Shown here piece by piece: positions 25,345 through 37,730 of a stretch of 64,000 bases of DNA. The stretch is from assembly GCF_037042905.1 (NCBI RefSeq), contig NW_026974140.1, positions 932,001 to 996,000 of the forward strand, written 5' to 3'. Every line of letters starts with the position of its first letter. The first letter of the stretch is position 1. The translations under genes were made by a program, and so were the position numbers. The notes below the pieces were generated by a model. That model made no database searches, was not told the origin of the DNA, and saw only the letters and a program-made list of their open reading frames with translations. The stretch comes from Lytechinus pictus. Lineage: Eukaryota.

Positions 25345-26476
25345 TTAATAATGAAAACCACTGTCGTAAAGAAGGGGACTCTGGCTCTAGTCCCTCAAAA
25401 GTTCAAAAATTGGAGATAGAAATAAAATAAGAAAGAGAAAGATATTGAGAAGGGAAAGGGTTCAATGAGTCATTTCCCTTTTTATATATGCGCTAGCTAC
25501 CACTTGGTATAAGTGCAGTACACAGGGGAAAGGCGTGCACCCCATGAAAGTTGGAGGGGGAGTAAAAAAGGGAACTTATATGTCAAAATGGGCATTTGGT
25601 GCAAACGGATATTTTCACCATGAGATTATCATCTGCGTGAAGTAGTTGTGAGTTTTGTGGTACTTAAGTTGAGCAAAGCCTTCAGGACTAGTGATTGATT
25701 ACATAATTTTACGTAGGCTTTGTTTTTTCCGCGTGCAAATGGTCAGGGAAATTTAAAACCTGAATATGTGAAATTCGATTTTTGGTCAATTGTGGTGATT
25801 ACTGTCAAAAGAGCATCCTTGCGAGATGTTACAGGCGCGAATCACCATCTCAAACGTTTGGATATTTTAGGTAATAAGACAAGAAAATTAAAAATTACTA
25901 CCAGTTTTTGTTATGTGTACCAAATTAACTAAAGAATTTACACAAGCGCGAAGCTCGAGCATTTAGTGACTGATGAATAGGATACATCTAACAAATCGGA
26001 TAGGGAAGAGTGGGGCTAATCTAGTCTGCTATGCAGACTCTGAATGGCTCGTGAGGTGGGATCTGCTGGTTTGCGAAGCAAACCAGGCTGAAAGGGCGAG
26101 CGAAGCGAGCCATTTCAGAGTCTGCTTCTTCTTTGGAAATCTTGTTCCCACGGTCAAAATAAGTCCCACCCACCCAAAATTTCAGAGAGCTTTCATTGGA
26201 TAACTTCATCTGTCTGTAAACCAAATTTTAGGACCCCTGAGGAGTATAGATAATCCCCTACTTCAACCACAGAGCCATGATGAGGGTTATTATATAATAC
26301 CCTGGCCTTGGCTCAGGCCATCAGATAGTGTGTACATTTGACATTCCACTGAGCAGCTGCATGTATGGCCAAAACCATGCTCCATGGCCCAAACCAATAC
26401 ATTCATATTATTATTGTGTATGTATGGTAGTGGATAGCTCTATTATGGTATTATCAAATTTTCATCATGTCAAACT

Positions 26477-27040
26477 CATTCAATTCAATTCAATCTTTAT
26501 TTCGCAAATAGGATAAAAATACAAGGAAACATCAAATAATGTGATTAGATAATAAAAATAAATTGCGTAGCTTCCCATGAAGGTAATAAAAAGCCTATGA
26601 GGCTGGATCACCAAAACATAGTAAAAACACAACATTAATACAAAACAAAATCTCATATCATTATGGTGATTGTGAAAATCATATCATTATAGTAATTGTG
26701 AAATTAAGCGAAACTTTGAAATGTCATTACTCTCTTATTTTAGATCCGATTTTGATGAAATTTTCAGTGTTATGCTTGTTGGATTTTTCTCTTTTTATTC
26801 AAATCAACCTTTTTGTTGGGGTGGACTTGTCCTTTAAATAAAGGTGCGGATGGTGCTAGGTAATGGGAATTGGTAATTATTCTTAAACATTTCTTTTGAA
26901 TTTTGAATATTGAGTCCAATTCATATGGGGTTATATTGTTATTGCAATATTTCAAATAAGAGCAAATCATGGAATGGTATAAAGTTATCAGATTTTTATG
27001 AAGCGAACTATACGCGTTTGTAAATTAAACCAGTATTCCT
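26477..27040 (-). mobile_element. 3' fragment of a CR1/Crack-like LINE, interrupted by a Kolobok-B piece (~26690-26833)
   Basis: LDSIFKIQKKCLRIITNSHYLAPSAPLFK is a typical post-RT segment. The minus-strand tail reads aataaa(gattg/aattg)n. Confidence 0.65.
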
Positions 27041-28103
27041 TAAAACATTTATCATAATGGTACTTAAACTCGAAATATAATCCAACTCAAAAACACCATT
27101 CTCATAAAATTCAGAACTTGAATAATAGTTTACAAAATGAAAATCTTAAATTTCAAGATTGTAAGTTTGTAAACTATCATACTTTAAATCAAACAGGATA
27201 GCTATGTTTTATTTTGTACTTATTTTGTTCCTGTTTGGAATTAACTTCTAACCATATTGTTGATTGGACCTTGTAATTATAGTCACTTCTCCATGCTACT
27301 GTATTCAACCTGTTGTACTGTTATATTATGTTTACAGCTCAGTTTGATATTAATTAGCCTTGTGTAAGTTGTCATGCCCAGCAACATTTGTTCACCTTTG
27401 TATTGAAAGTGCTTTTATGCCAGCCATATATAATACCAGTGGTAAAGACGTACAGTTATGTATGTGACAAATCTGGTACTTTCAAACTCAAAAGTATGCT
27501 GAATGACAATGTTGGCAATTTTTTTATATAAACTTAAATCGGATTTATTTGATTTAAATCAGATTTTTTTATTTTAATCTGATTTTTTCTAACATAATTT
27601 TTTTAAACAAAGCGCAACACCCAAAATTTAACCCTTTACACTGACATCAATTTTAAGATCATACATTTCACCACTAAGAATATTCTTAACTATTTCATAA
27701 TCAAATCCAGTCAAAATATAATTTATAGAAAATATTAAAGCCATAAATAGGCTGACATTTTCTGTTGTGTCTAAAGTACATGTAGAGAGCTTCTACTGAT
27801 TGGTTCAAAGGAACTGTCTTGGTACAGCTAATGCTGCACAGTTGGTGTTCATTTTAAAGCTCTTAACATTTAATGAGAATCAGTTTATTTGGAAGAATTC
27901 CATGACTCAGAGATTCAAATTCTCCAAAGAGAAACATTTTTTAAATTTTATTTTCAAGCCAAGGATTGAAGATCATACATGTTAAAGAAAACCGCACTTA
28001 TCTTTTGTTTGTTTCAACCCCAAGTTGTTCTTTGAGCCACAGTTGGAACGACTGTTTCAAAGCATTGGCTTGCAAAACTTTGACCGACTGCATTCAACCT
28101 TAA

Positions 28104-28680
28104 AGAAATGGACCGGGCTGAAGATATTCACATCTAAATAAATAGAGTAAAAAACTAAAATGATGAAAATTTCACCAAAATTTGATGACAAATAACGAAG
28201 TTATTGTATTTTAAAGTTTATCAGTATTTTGTGAAAACAGTTATATTTACATCGTCATGAATATTCATTTGGTGGGTTGATGATGTCACATCCCCTCTTT
28301 CCTTTTTCTTATAACATGAAACCATAATTGTTTCATTTTTTCATACATGTGTAAATAATGTGTCTCCATTATGATGAAATAAGTTGCGTCAATAAATAAC
28401 TAATGTACTTAATTAGTTGTCAAATCAATTGTTTTAGTTCTTGGTAAATTCTTTTTTAATAAACCTAATTTCATATAATTATAATAAAAAGAACAAGTGG
28501 AGATATGTCACCATCAGCCCAACTAATGGATATTCATGAAGACATGCCTAGAAGTGTTTCACCGGAATGATGGAAAAGAAATCTTTAAAATTCAATAACT
28601 TTGTTATTTGTTATCCGATTTTGATCAAATTTTCTCCATTTTGAATTTTACTCTATTAATCAGTGAGATATAAATTTCTT
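28104..28680. mobile_element. Kolobok-type element (family A), right terminus missing
   Basis: ttaa|agaaatggaccgggctgaagat..., collinear with 18377-18930. Confidence 0.75.
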
Positions 28681-29609
28681 AAGTTCTTTGAGCCATAGTT
28701 GGAACTATTTGACTATTTCAAAGCATTGGCTTGCACATTTTTGACAAACTTGCAAGTTGATTTTAATGATGGGCTTTTACAATAAACTTGAATACCAGTA
28801 TTTGGCAGTTGTTAGCAGTTTTGCTAAAAATAAGAAAACGGATTCCCTTATACTACTGTGTCGGCCTATTTATTTGAATAAGACATATAAAAGAATAAAA
28901 TGATAAACTATGGGTGTAATGGGTCACCAGGGACATTGCAGATTTTTACTTTTATTGTACTCGATTCAAAACATTCACTTAAAAATGTACAAACATAAAT
29001 CCTTTTGGCAAAGGGCACTAAAATTTATAGTTGCTATGATTTAGCAAGGAGCTTCCAACACAGCTCCTTGGATTTAGTCATGTTAGTGCCCTTTGCCAAG
29101 AACATTCATACTTTTTTAAAATATAAATGTACATTCTACTGAATCTTTTTCAGTGAACTGGCAGAATGAAGCACAATCCCACTCAGAATGTCTGAACAGG
29201 CTTTTTCTAGTAGGATCCAAGGTTATAACCCATCCTGGGAAAATCTATGTTGAGATTCAGCCTAATAAGTTCAGAGTTCCTGTACTTTACTTTCTTGAAA
29301 ACTGTCCTCTAAAACACTTCTGAATTTTGACATAAAGAAATAAGAACTTTGTTTTACTATCAACAAAGTCCACTCATACATACAAGTCGAGTAGGGGTCC
29401 CATATAGGCTACATGTACATCTTTGGTTTGGCAAGATTGACTTGATTTTATTGATTTGATTTCAATTGTTATGAGTAGATATGAAGGGTTTATTCCTGTT
29501 CTCATGATATAAAGTTGGTAAAATCTTTCTCTTTTGAATTTAAAAAGTAAAACTGCCACAAACAATAAAAAATCCAAAATTTGTACATGTTTCAATGGAA
29601 GTGATTTAA

Positions 29610-30371
29610 AGGACAAGCCATGCACCCGAACAAAAAGCTGCTTTGAACATGTTGTGAATAGTAAGAGAAAATCAGACAAGCATAACGCTGAAAATTTCAT
29701 CAAAATCAAATCTAAAAGAAGAAAGTAATGACATTTTTAAGTTTTGCTTAATTTCAAAAACAGTTATGGTTATATGCAAATCCTTGTCGGTATGCAAATG
29801 AGGGGACCGATGACATCACTCACTCACTATTTATTTTGTATTTTATTATGTGAAATATGAAATATTTTTATGAACAAAAAAAAAAACATGTGGGATTACC
29901 TTAACATTTTGTAGTTCAAACAAGAGGGTCCTATTTTTTAAATTCGTAAAAATTGAAATGTTGTATAATTCAAACAGTAAAAATACAAAAGAAACAGTGA
30001 GTGATTGACATCATCGACTCTCTAATTTTCATATCACTGAATTTTTCATATAACTGGGGGCCGTTTCTTAAAGCTGTTCATAAGTTTTAAGAACTTTTAA
30101 GAACGACTATAATGATCCTTTCTTACGCAATAAATCATCGCAAATGTATATACTATTTACCACAAGAAAGGATCACCAATCGTTCTTAAAGTCGCTCTTA
30201 CGAACAGCTTTATTAAACACCCACCGGTTTGTGAAAAATAAGCGAAACTTTAAGATGTTATAACTTTTCTATTTTACATCCGATTTTGATGTAGTTTCCA
30301 GTGTTATTCTTGTTTAATTTTTCTCTATTTTTATTCAATTAAACTTTTTTTTTCTGGGGTGGATATGACCT
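29610..30371. mobile_element. Kolobok-type element (family B) with a nested Harbinger-like MITE (~30056-30225)
   Basis: TTAA|aggacaag ... atatgacct|TTAA. Inner element ggccgtttcttaaagctgttc ... gaacagctttattaaacaccc. Confidence 0.75.
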
Positions 30372-31959
30372 TTAAATCAATGATTTGAAAAAATTATCAT
30401 AGTGATTTAAATCAGCCAATCCTGCTGACTGAACTGAATATGAAAACAATTAGCTTTGTCAACACATGCAATGTCGATGCCAAAGATGTGAAAGTTGCAT
30501 ATAGTTATGCCCGGGAGCTACATGTATATGCCTTGATGCTTTACTCATTTACTAGTGCAAACTGCTTACATAATGTATGTGCCCCATTGGTTTGAAGGAT
30601 AATTATTTTGTTTCCAAATATTAATTTGTTGGATTTGAATTGTGGAAAGTAGGTCAGTTCTTTGTTGTCTGTTAAATATGTGCTTACCAGTTATATTGGC
30701 TGTAGTGTATGCTATTTCTCCTAAAATTAATGCATTTCATGTCATTTCATAGGCGGATCCAGGGTGGGCCCGAAGTGTCCGCCCCCCCCCCCTATATTGG
30801 CAGAGCAAAAAGAAGGAAAAAGGCGGAAATAAAGAAAGAAAAAGAAGGGAGAAGAAAGGAGGAAGAAGAAAAATAAGAGAAGAAAGACGAGAGAATAAGA
30901 TAAGGTCAGGGGAAGACTCCGGGAAAATAACAAAAATATTTCTTGTATCTACATAAAATTTTCGCTCCCGCTTCGCGGTCACATTGCCTGTTCGACGAGA
31001 TACATATATCTTATTTCAGTTCGGACATCGAGCTTTCATTATTTTGTTTTACAAATGATCTTTTTCATAAGTGCTTTGTAAAATGTCCGTTTTATGGTGT
31101 GAATATCAACATTTTCAGCTTCCGCTGTGCGTTCGCATTATTTAATTTGTCAAGTACTGTACATATTGTCTTTGTGTATTTCATTAAAGTTTCAAAATAT
31201 CCCTTCCGAGGTGCCTGATTGTGAAAAAGTAGGCATAAGAGCTAGCGCTCTGTGCTAGCATTTTTTATTGGTAGGTCCAGTATACCTGTATAATTCTAAT
31301 ACACACTACTTAAAATCCCCTTTTTATGGGATTTCATAAAAACTAAGAGTCGGCTCGCGATTTGCGTTTGCATGAATTGTTAAAAATATTATCCGTGCAT
31401 CCTATTCATAATACAATGTGTTTAAAATGTCCAGTGTTCAGGCCACAATATCAACAAGTTTCACACTCGTACAATCCTTATTATATACCGGAATAAAATA
31501 ATAACACTTCCAACAATTCCAAATATCTAAATTGCCTGCTTTTCAGAATGGAATATCCGACAGGTTTCTATGATTTTGATGTGATGTACAGTGTATATTT
31601 CAGGGTCCGTGGAATGGTTTTCAAAGTGGGGGCTGATGACGCAAAAAATTACAATCATATATATGGTCATTTTTACGATTATGTACACGGCTTTGGAAGT
31701 GGGTGCCCCCCCCCCCCCCCCCGCTTCCGCGGCCTCTGTATTTCATGTGCAATGGCGATGTCTGAATCTCATCTCAAGAAATATGTATACAATTTATCTT
31801 TATTTGATATTAGCCACAAAACAAAACATCAACACATTCACAATATATATAGGCTTAATGAAGACAGAAAACATTTAAGTCGAAAGAATAGAATTATAAA
31901 GAAAATGTGAAACTAAATGCTAATGGCAGGGCAAACAAAAGTTAATCTATTAAGATGTG

Positions 31960-32502
31960 AGAAGGAAGGAAAAGAAGAGAAAGAGACAAAGGGAAAGGGA
32001 AAGAAATGAAAGAAAACAGAAGAAAGAATGAAAGGAAGGGGAAGAAATATAGAGGGTAAGAGAGGAGAACAAGTCATCGCTTATGTAATTTATTTTGTAC
32101 TTTAGAAAACGGTTCTGTACATTAATCAATCGGTTCCATTATAATGTAGAAATTATAAAGACACATTTAAAAACAGGACATTTAAGGAAGGGAAGAAGAA
32201 TGAGAGAGCAAGTGAAAGAAAAAAGAAAACAAATAAGAAAGGAGGAAAGGAAAGAATGAAAGAGAAAAAGAGAGAGAGAGAAAGAGAAAAAATGGAAAGA
32301 GAAAGGAAGGAAAGAAAGAATGAATGAAAGAAAGAAAGAAAGAAAGAAAGAAAGGAAGGGGGTCAGAGGAAAAGAAGAAGAGAGAAAAAAGAAAGAAAAC
32401 AGAAGAGAAGAAAGAAAGAGGAAAAGAAAAAATCAAGAAGAATGAAAGGGGAAAAAAGGAAAACGAAAAAGAGGAAAGAAAGGAAAAGAAAGAAAGAAAA
32501 GG
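31960..32502. repeat. Purine-rich low-complexity tract
   Basis: GA/GAAA-rich runs. The ORFs here are compositional artefacts. Confidence 0.85.
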
Positions 32503-35500
32503 CAATGTTTATTTTATGTTACTTATTAGGCCCAATTACATGACGGGGGTGATCTTCTACACATTCATATTCTGTATACACGTTCCTCTCTGCATGGACC
32601 TTTTACATGCTTTCTGTAATAGAAGATATTTCCAAAGAGATATCACCTCTATCTCCTTGATATTTCAAAGTATAACACATAATATGTATCTACCCATGTA
32701 TGTATAGTCATGGACCTATAGCAAGCCCAGAAAGTGAAAGAGAAAGGCCCTATTTGTATACATTCCACAAGATAAGAAATGGTCAGAACAGCTGGATCCT
32801 AATCCCTCTCTTGCCCCTACTTCCACAAATCTGCTGTCAATCATGGTATCTACTGGCAACGGAGGGTTTCAGCAAGCTCCGCCTTGTGTACACGTTTCGT
32901 GTACATTGCTCAAAGAAGTTGTAGACCCAGTTCTGCAGCCTCAGTAAGACATAGTCTACTATGCAGACTCGTTGAATCAGCTGAGGTACACCACTGCAGA
33001 TGTGGGTCTACATTTGTAGACTAGGGTTAATCCGCCCCAGGTTCAAGTCCGCCAACCACTTGATTTGACACTTTGCTGTGACTGGATGTAGGTTTTGTTG
33101 ATGTAATGTTAACATGCCCAAGGTAGCAACATAACTTGGTGCGAGGTAATTTGTTCGGAATTTCAGAAAACTATTAAAGGCGACTCCTCCATTTCGAGGC
33201 CATTTTGTAAAATGAAATGTCCTGTATCTTTTGTATAGGCACTCATGAATGCAGTTATATATATATATATATATATATATATTCAGGAGTGATATTTGTT
33301 GCTTACTGAAATATGCATTTGATATTTTAAAATATGTAAGTATCTTGTAAGTTTTGCGAAAAACAAGAGAACAGAAAATGGCTGCATATATCATTTTGCA
33401 AAAAGGGAACTTTCAATTTTGAAACAAGTTATAGACTAAAGTGCGAGTCCAGGATTGTTTTCTTTTGGGGGGGTATCTTTTTATTCTTGTAATCGAATGT
33501 AGAATGGGCCATGAGGTATCATAATTACAATTTTGTCATCGTATTCGCCAAATGTGCCAAATCATTTTCTTTACAAAACTTACCTGCATGTATCTAAACA
33601 TAAAACAAGCGAGCACAACGCAGGAGGAAAGATTTACAATATCTTTATTGGTACCATACTTTGATTTGATTTGCATTGTTTAATTTTCATTTACAAATTC
33701 ATAGTAATAACTGGAGAATAATTATAATTCACAATAATACATACATACATACATGATAAACAAAGAACAATTGGATTAAAATGTCAATTTAAAAAAGTGA
33801 TTATTGTATAGAAAATTAGCAAAGTATTGAATAACTAAGTGCAGTAAGTCGGGGAGAAGGTCCCTAGATCCCGAAAATATGAACATGACGAATAGTAGGC
33901 CTGTAATTTGTTTTTCGTAAAGTAAGATACATAATCAGCCAAACACTGTTTTTATGACTGCATACATTGAACACTTACAATGTTACATATAGGATGTAAA
34001 TCCAAATGACACGCACAAATTGAATTATATTATTGTGCATATTAGTGCAATAATAAATAAAATGAAAAAGCTGATGTAAGAGTAAAATAAAGAGGGAGAG
34101 AGAGAGAGAGAGAGAGAGAAAATGATTCTTCAAGTCAGTCACTGTTGAGGTTTATGTATTTGGAAAACAATGTGCTTTTCAATTTTTGTTTAAAGCTATG
34201 CAAGCTTTGGGGAACCTTTAAACTATCATCTAATGAAATCCAGAATTTAATCCTAATTAACGAAAATATCTTATTTGTAAAAATATATTGTCATTTCATC
34301 GTTTATTTACACAAAGAAAATAATTGGATAATTTTCTCCTCTTTAATACTTCCTTATCCTTATCACTTGTTATTTTCATGAAATAATCTATATATTGGAC
34401 AATTCATATTTTTATTGATAATTCAATGTTTTATGTTGATCATTTAGTCCCACAGCGAAAAGGAGGCACATGCCCCCAGTCGCCCCCCCCCCCCCTTGTC
34501 CCCCAAAAAATAAACGTAGGAAACTATTTTTTTTCTCCAAAATGGAGGCCTTTTTAAAATGAAATATGTCCTTTTTTAACAATTAAGAAGTAAAATAATA
34601 CATTTTAGGATAAAAAATCACTAAATTTTTGGCTCGTGCTTCGCACTCCATCAATTATCATTATTCAGTAAGGTAGTACTTATCCTGTTTACGGTTTTCA
34701 AAATGTTTAGAATGTCCAGTATCTAAGTTTCTAATATTTAAAATTTTTCTCGCGTTTCGCGCTAGCATCAAAGGTATTCATGTTTCTCGTGACAAAAAAA
34801 TTTGAGGTCGCGATTCACACTTAAATAACTCGAAATAATGACCTTTTATTTTAAAACTGATAAGCACCATTAAGCGGATTTTGCAACTTCAGATTTTAAA
34901 TTTTTCCAAAGCGCTTGCATGCTATACTCTCTCGCGGAAAAGAGCCTATATATCTCAGAAATCACTGAGTTCAAAAAGACTCTCCTCAACCTATAAATTA
35001 CTACAAAACATCCAACTACTTCATGCAGAGGGTAGTGTCATGGTAACATGTACGTTTGCACCAAAATGCAAATCTTGACATACTAAGTACCTTTTTGTCT
35101 TTGCCCCCCCCCCCCCCTCCAAACGAAAATATGTTCAGAGCCGCCCCTGCTTTTACTTTTTAAATGTATGTTAATCTAATTTGTAAAATATTCACGCACA
35201 AACACTCTGCATGGGTTATGCTTTTTCAACTGGTTAAGTTTTTTTTTTTTGGGGGGGGGGTTGTAGTCCATTAAAAAAAAACATCTTTCTCATCACAAAA
35301 TAAGCGATTAAGAAAAGTGCAGCATATTTTTCATTTAGAGAAAATCATAGGTGATCGATCGTGTACGTGTACATGCAGTGGATCATATGCGTGCATCCGA
35401 TGCGTTGGTGTACAAACAATGGTACCAAACAACACAGAGGCAGTGCGCGCACACACTGGACATATTTTCAATGAGCTAGGGAGCGAGTTACGCTATAGCA

Positions 35501-35779
35501 GGAGTTTACAGTTTAAGACCGTAACACGCGTGCGATTAGCCTCCAGATAATATGATTTGCATTGGAGGAGATTTCATTTTTAATGAGAGCTTCTGCTGGT
35601 AATAAAAATAAAAATAAAACTAATGATGATCATAATAATCCAAACGATGATCATAATAAAAATAGTAATAAAGAATATAAATGTTATTAAAATTTTATTG
35701 ATCGTTACGCCTAGTGTTAGCAATGTGAATCCTTTTTTCATGATTACAAAAAATGCTCGGAATGTTTACTTTTTAATAC

Positions 35780-36015
35780 GGGGCGTTGTGGCCCAGTGGA
35801 TAAGTCTTCTCACTATGAAACAGAGGGTCGTAGCTTCGAATTCCAACCATGGCGCAATTTCCTTCAGCAAGAAATTTATCCACACTGTGCTGCACTCAAC
35901 CCAGGTGAGGTGAATGGGTACCCGGTAGGAAGAAATTCGTTATATGCCTTCCTTTGGGCGCCTAGGCAGCCTAGCTAAAGCCGGGGTAATAAACGGCCGC
36001 TGGGAGAACAGTTCA
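35780..36015 (+). mobile_element. tRNA-derived SINE with a Nin/Deu-type central domain
   Basis: A box tggcccagtgg and degenerate B box gcttcgaattcc, followed by tgctgcactcaacccaggtgaggtgaatgggtacc. Confidence 0.8.
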
Positions 36016-37254
36016 GATTTAAATATTTTTCCAAACCGCTTGCTCGCTACGCTTGCAAAAAATGAAACATAAATGTATATCTTAAAAATCAGAAATCAAT
36101 TAAAAAAACTTTGCTCAACTTAATTACTACAAAACACACAACTTCTCTACACACTCATGGTGAACAAAACTGTTTGCATCAAATGCCCTTTTTTGGCAAA
36201 TAAGTGCACCTTTTTGGATTTGCCCCACCCCCCCCCCCCCCCGCAGTTGTTATCTAGTTACATAGGCATCTTGTTTTGAAGATCTCTAACATATTGTCCT
36301 TCATAATTTAAAAAATATATATAGTTCGCGCTTCGCGCTCGCATTATTTAAAAAGGGCTTATGATATTATTACATATCTACTTTATTTTATAAGAATAAA
36401 GCTAATTATTGACTGTTAGGACTACCCTTTCAAAGAAAGAAACAAAAATCAACTTTGAGATGGCGATTGGGAAAAATATGAATGAAAAATTTCGCCCCCC
36501 CCCTATTGGCGAAAGTTGGTTCCACCGGGGGGGGGGCAGGGGCACTTGCACCCCCAAAAGAAATAACAGGGAAATGCTATTTTTCCAAAACGGGAAATCC
36601 CCTTTTTTCTAAATAAATACTCTAAAGTATACATTTTAGATTAATTTTCAGGCTGAAATATGACAATTTTTCAGCTCACGCTTCACACTCGCATTATTCG
36701 ATTAGTGAAATATGTATCCTAAAGAGGTCACTAAATGCAGTCATTAACAGGTACCTTTTTTGCTCAGTATATTTAAGCTCGCGCTTTGCGCTCGTGTTAA
36801 TTTTTAGTTAGATTATGGACCCTAGGGTCCATGGTTAGATGCATATCTTTTTAATGATAGCGGAAACCTGCTCGGAATTTTTCATTTTCATTTCTTATTG
36901 AAGTGCCCTAAGGTTTGAGCTTGTGATTCACGCTCGCAACACCTCGCGATAATGCCATTTTAACAGTAATTGACCCCCAAAACGAGTTTTACAACTTCAG
37001 CTTTGATTTTTTTTTCCAAACCGCTCGCTCATTATACTCTCTCGCGAAAAATAAAGCCTAAATATACATCTTTACGCAGATGATAATCTCATGGTGAAAA
37101 TATCACCAAAGTGCCCATTTTGACGTTTTTGGCTTTTCCCCCCAAACAAAAATTCGTTCGGCCGCCCTTGCCTTCCCATCCTCGTATCAATTGAACAGCA
37201 ACGGTGTTTTTCCCCTCCCCCCACCACACTTGCACTTCCTCTGCTTTCCCAGTT

Positions 37255-37730
37255 TTATTTTTCGGATTAACGAACCTTCGGAATAAAGAACCGTATTTCG
37301 TTTTCGGATTAATGAACATTCGGAACAACGAACCTTATTTTGTTTTCTGATTAACGAATCTTCGGAATTACGCCACAAATGTTCGGATAAACAAACATTA
37401 TTTTCGTTTTCGGATTAACTAGCCTTCTGAAAAACGAAACTCATTTCGTTTTCGGATGAACGAACCTTTGGAAAAACGAACCTTATTTCGTTTTCGGATT
37501 ATCGAACCTTCGGAACAACGAACCTTATTTCGTTTTCTGATTAACGAACCTTCAGAACAACGAACCTTATTTCGTTTTCTGATTAACGAACCTTCGGAAT
37601 TACGCCACAAATGTTCGGATAAACAAACATTCTTTTCGTTTTCGGATTAATGAACATCGAGGTATAGGCAATTTACGTGTTTCGGAATTACGAACCTTCG
37701 GAATAAAGAATTTTCGGAATTACGAAATGA
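37255..37730. repeat. 42-bp minisatellite
   Basis: tttcgttttcggattaacgaaccttcggaacaacgaacctta units, giving 14-aa periodic ORFs. Confidence 0.9.

Noticed and set aside
35780..35855. tRNA gene
   Set aside because: Degenerate B box and stems, and it continues into a SINE body.
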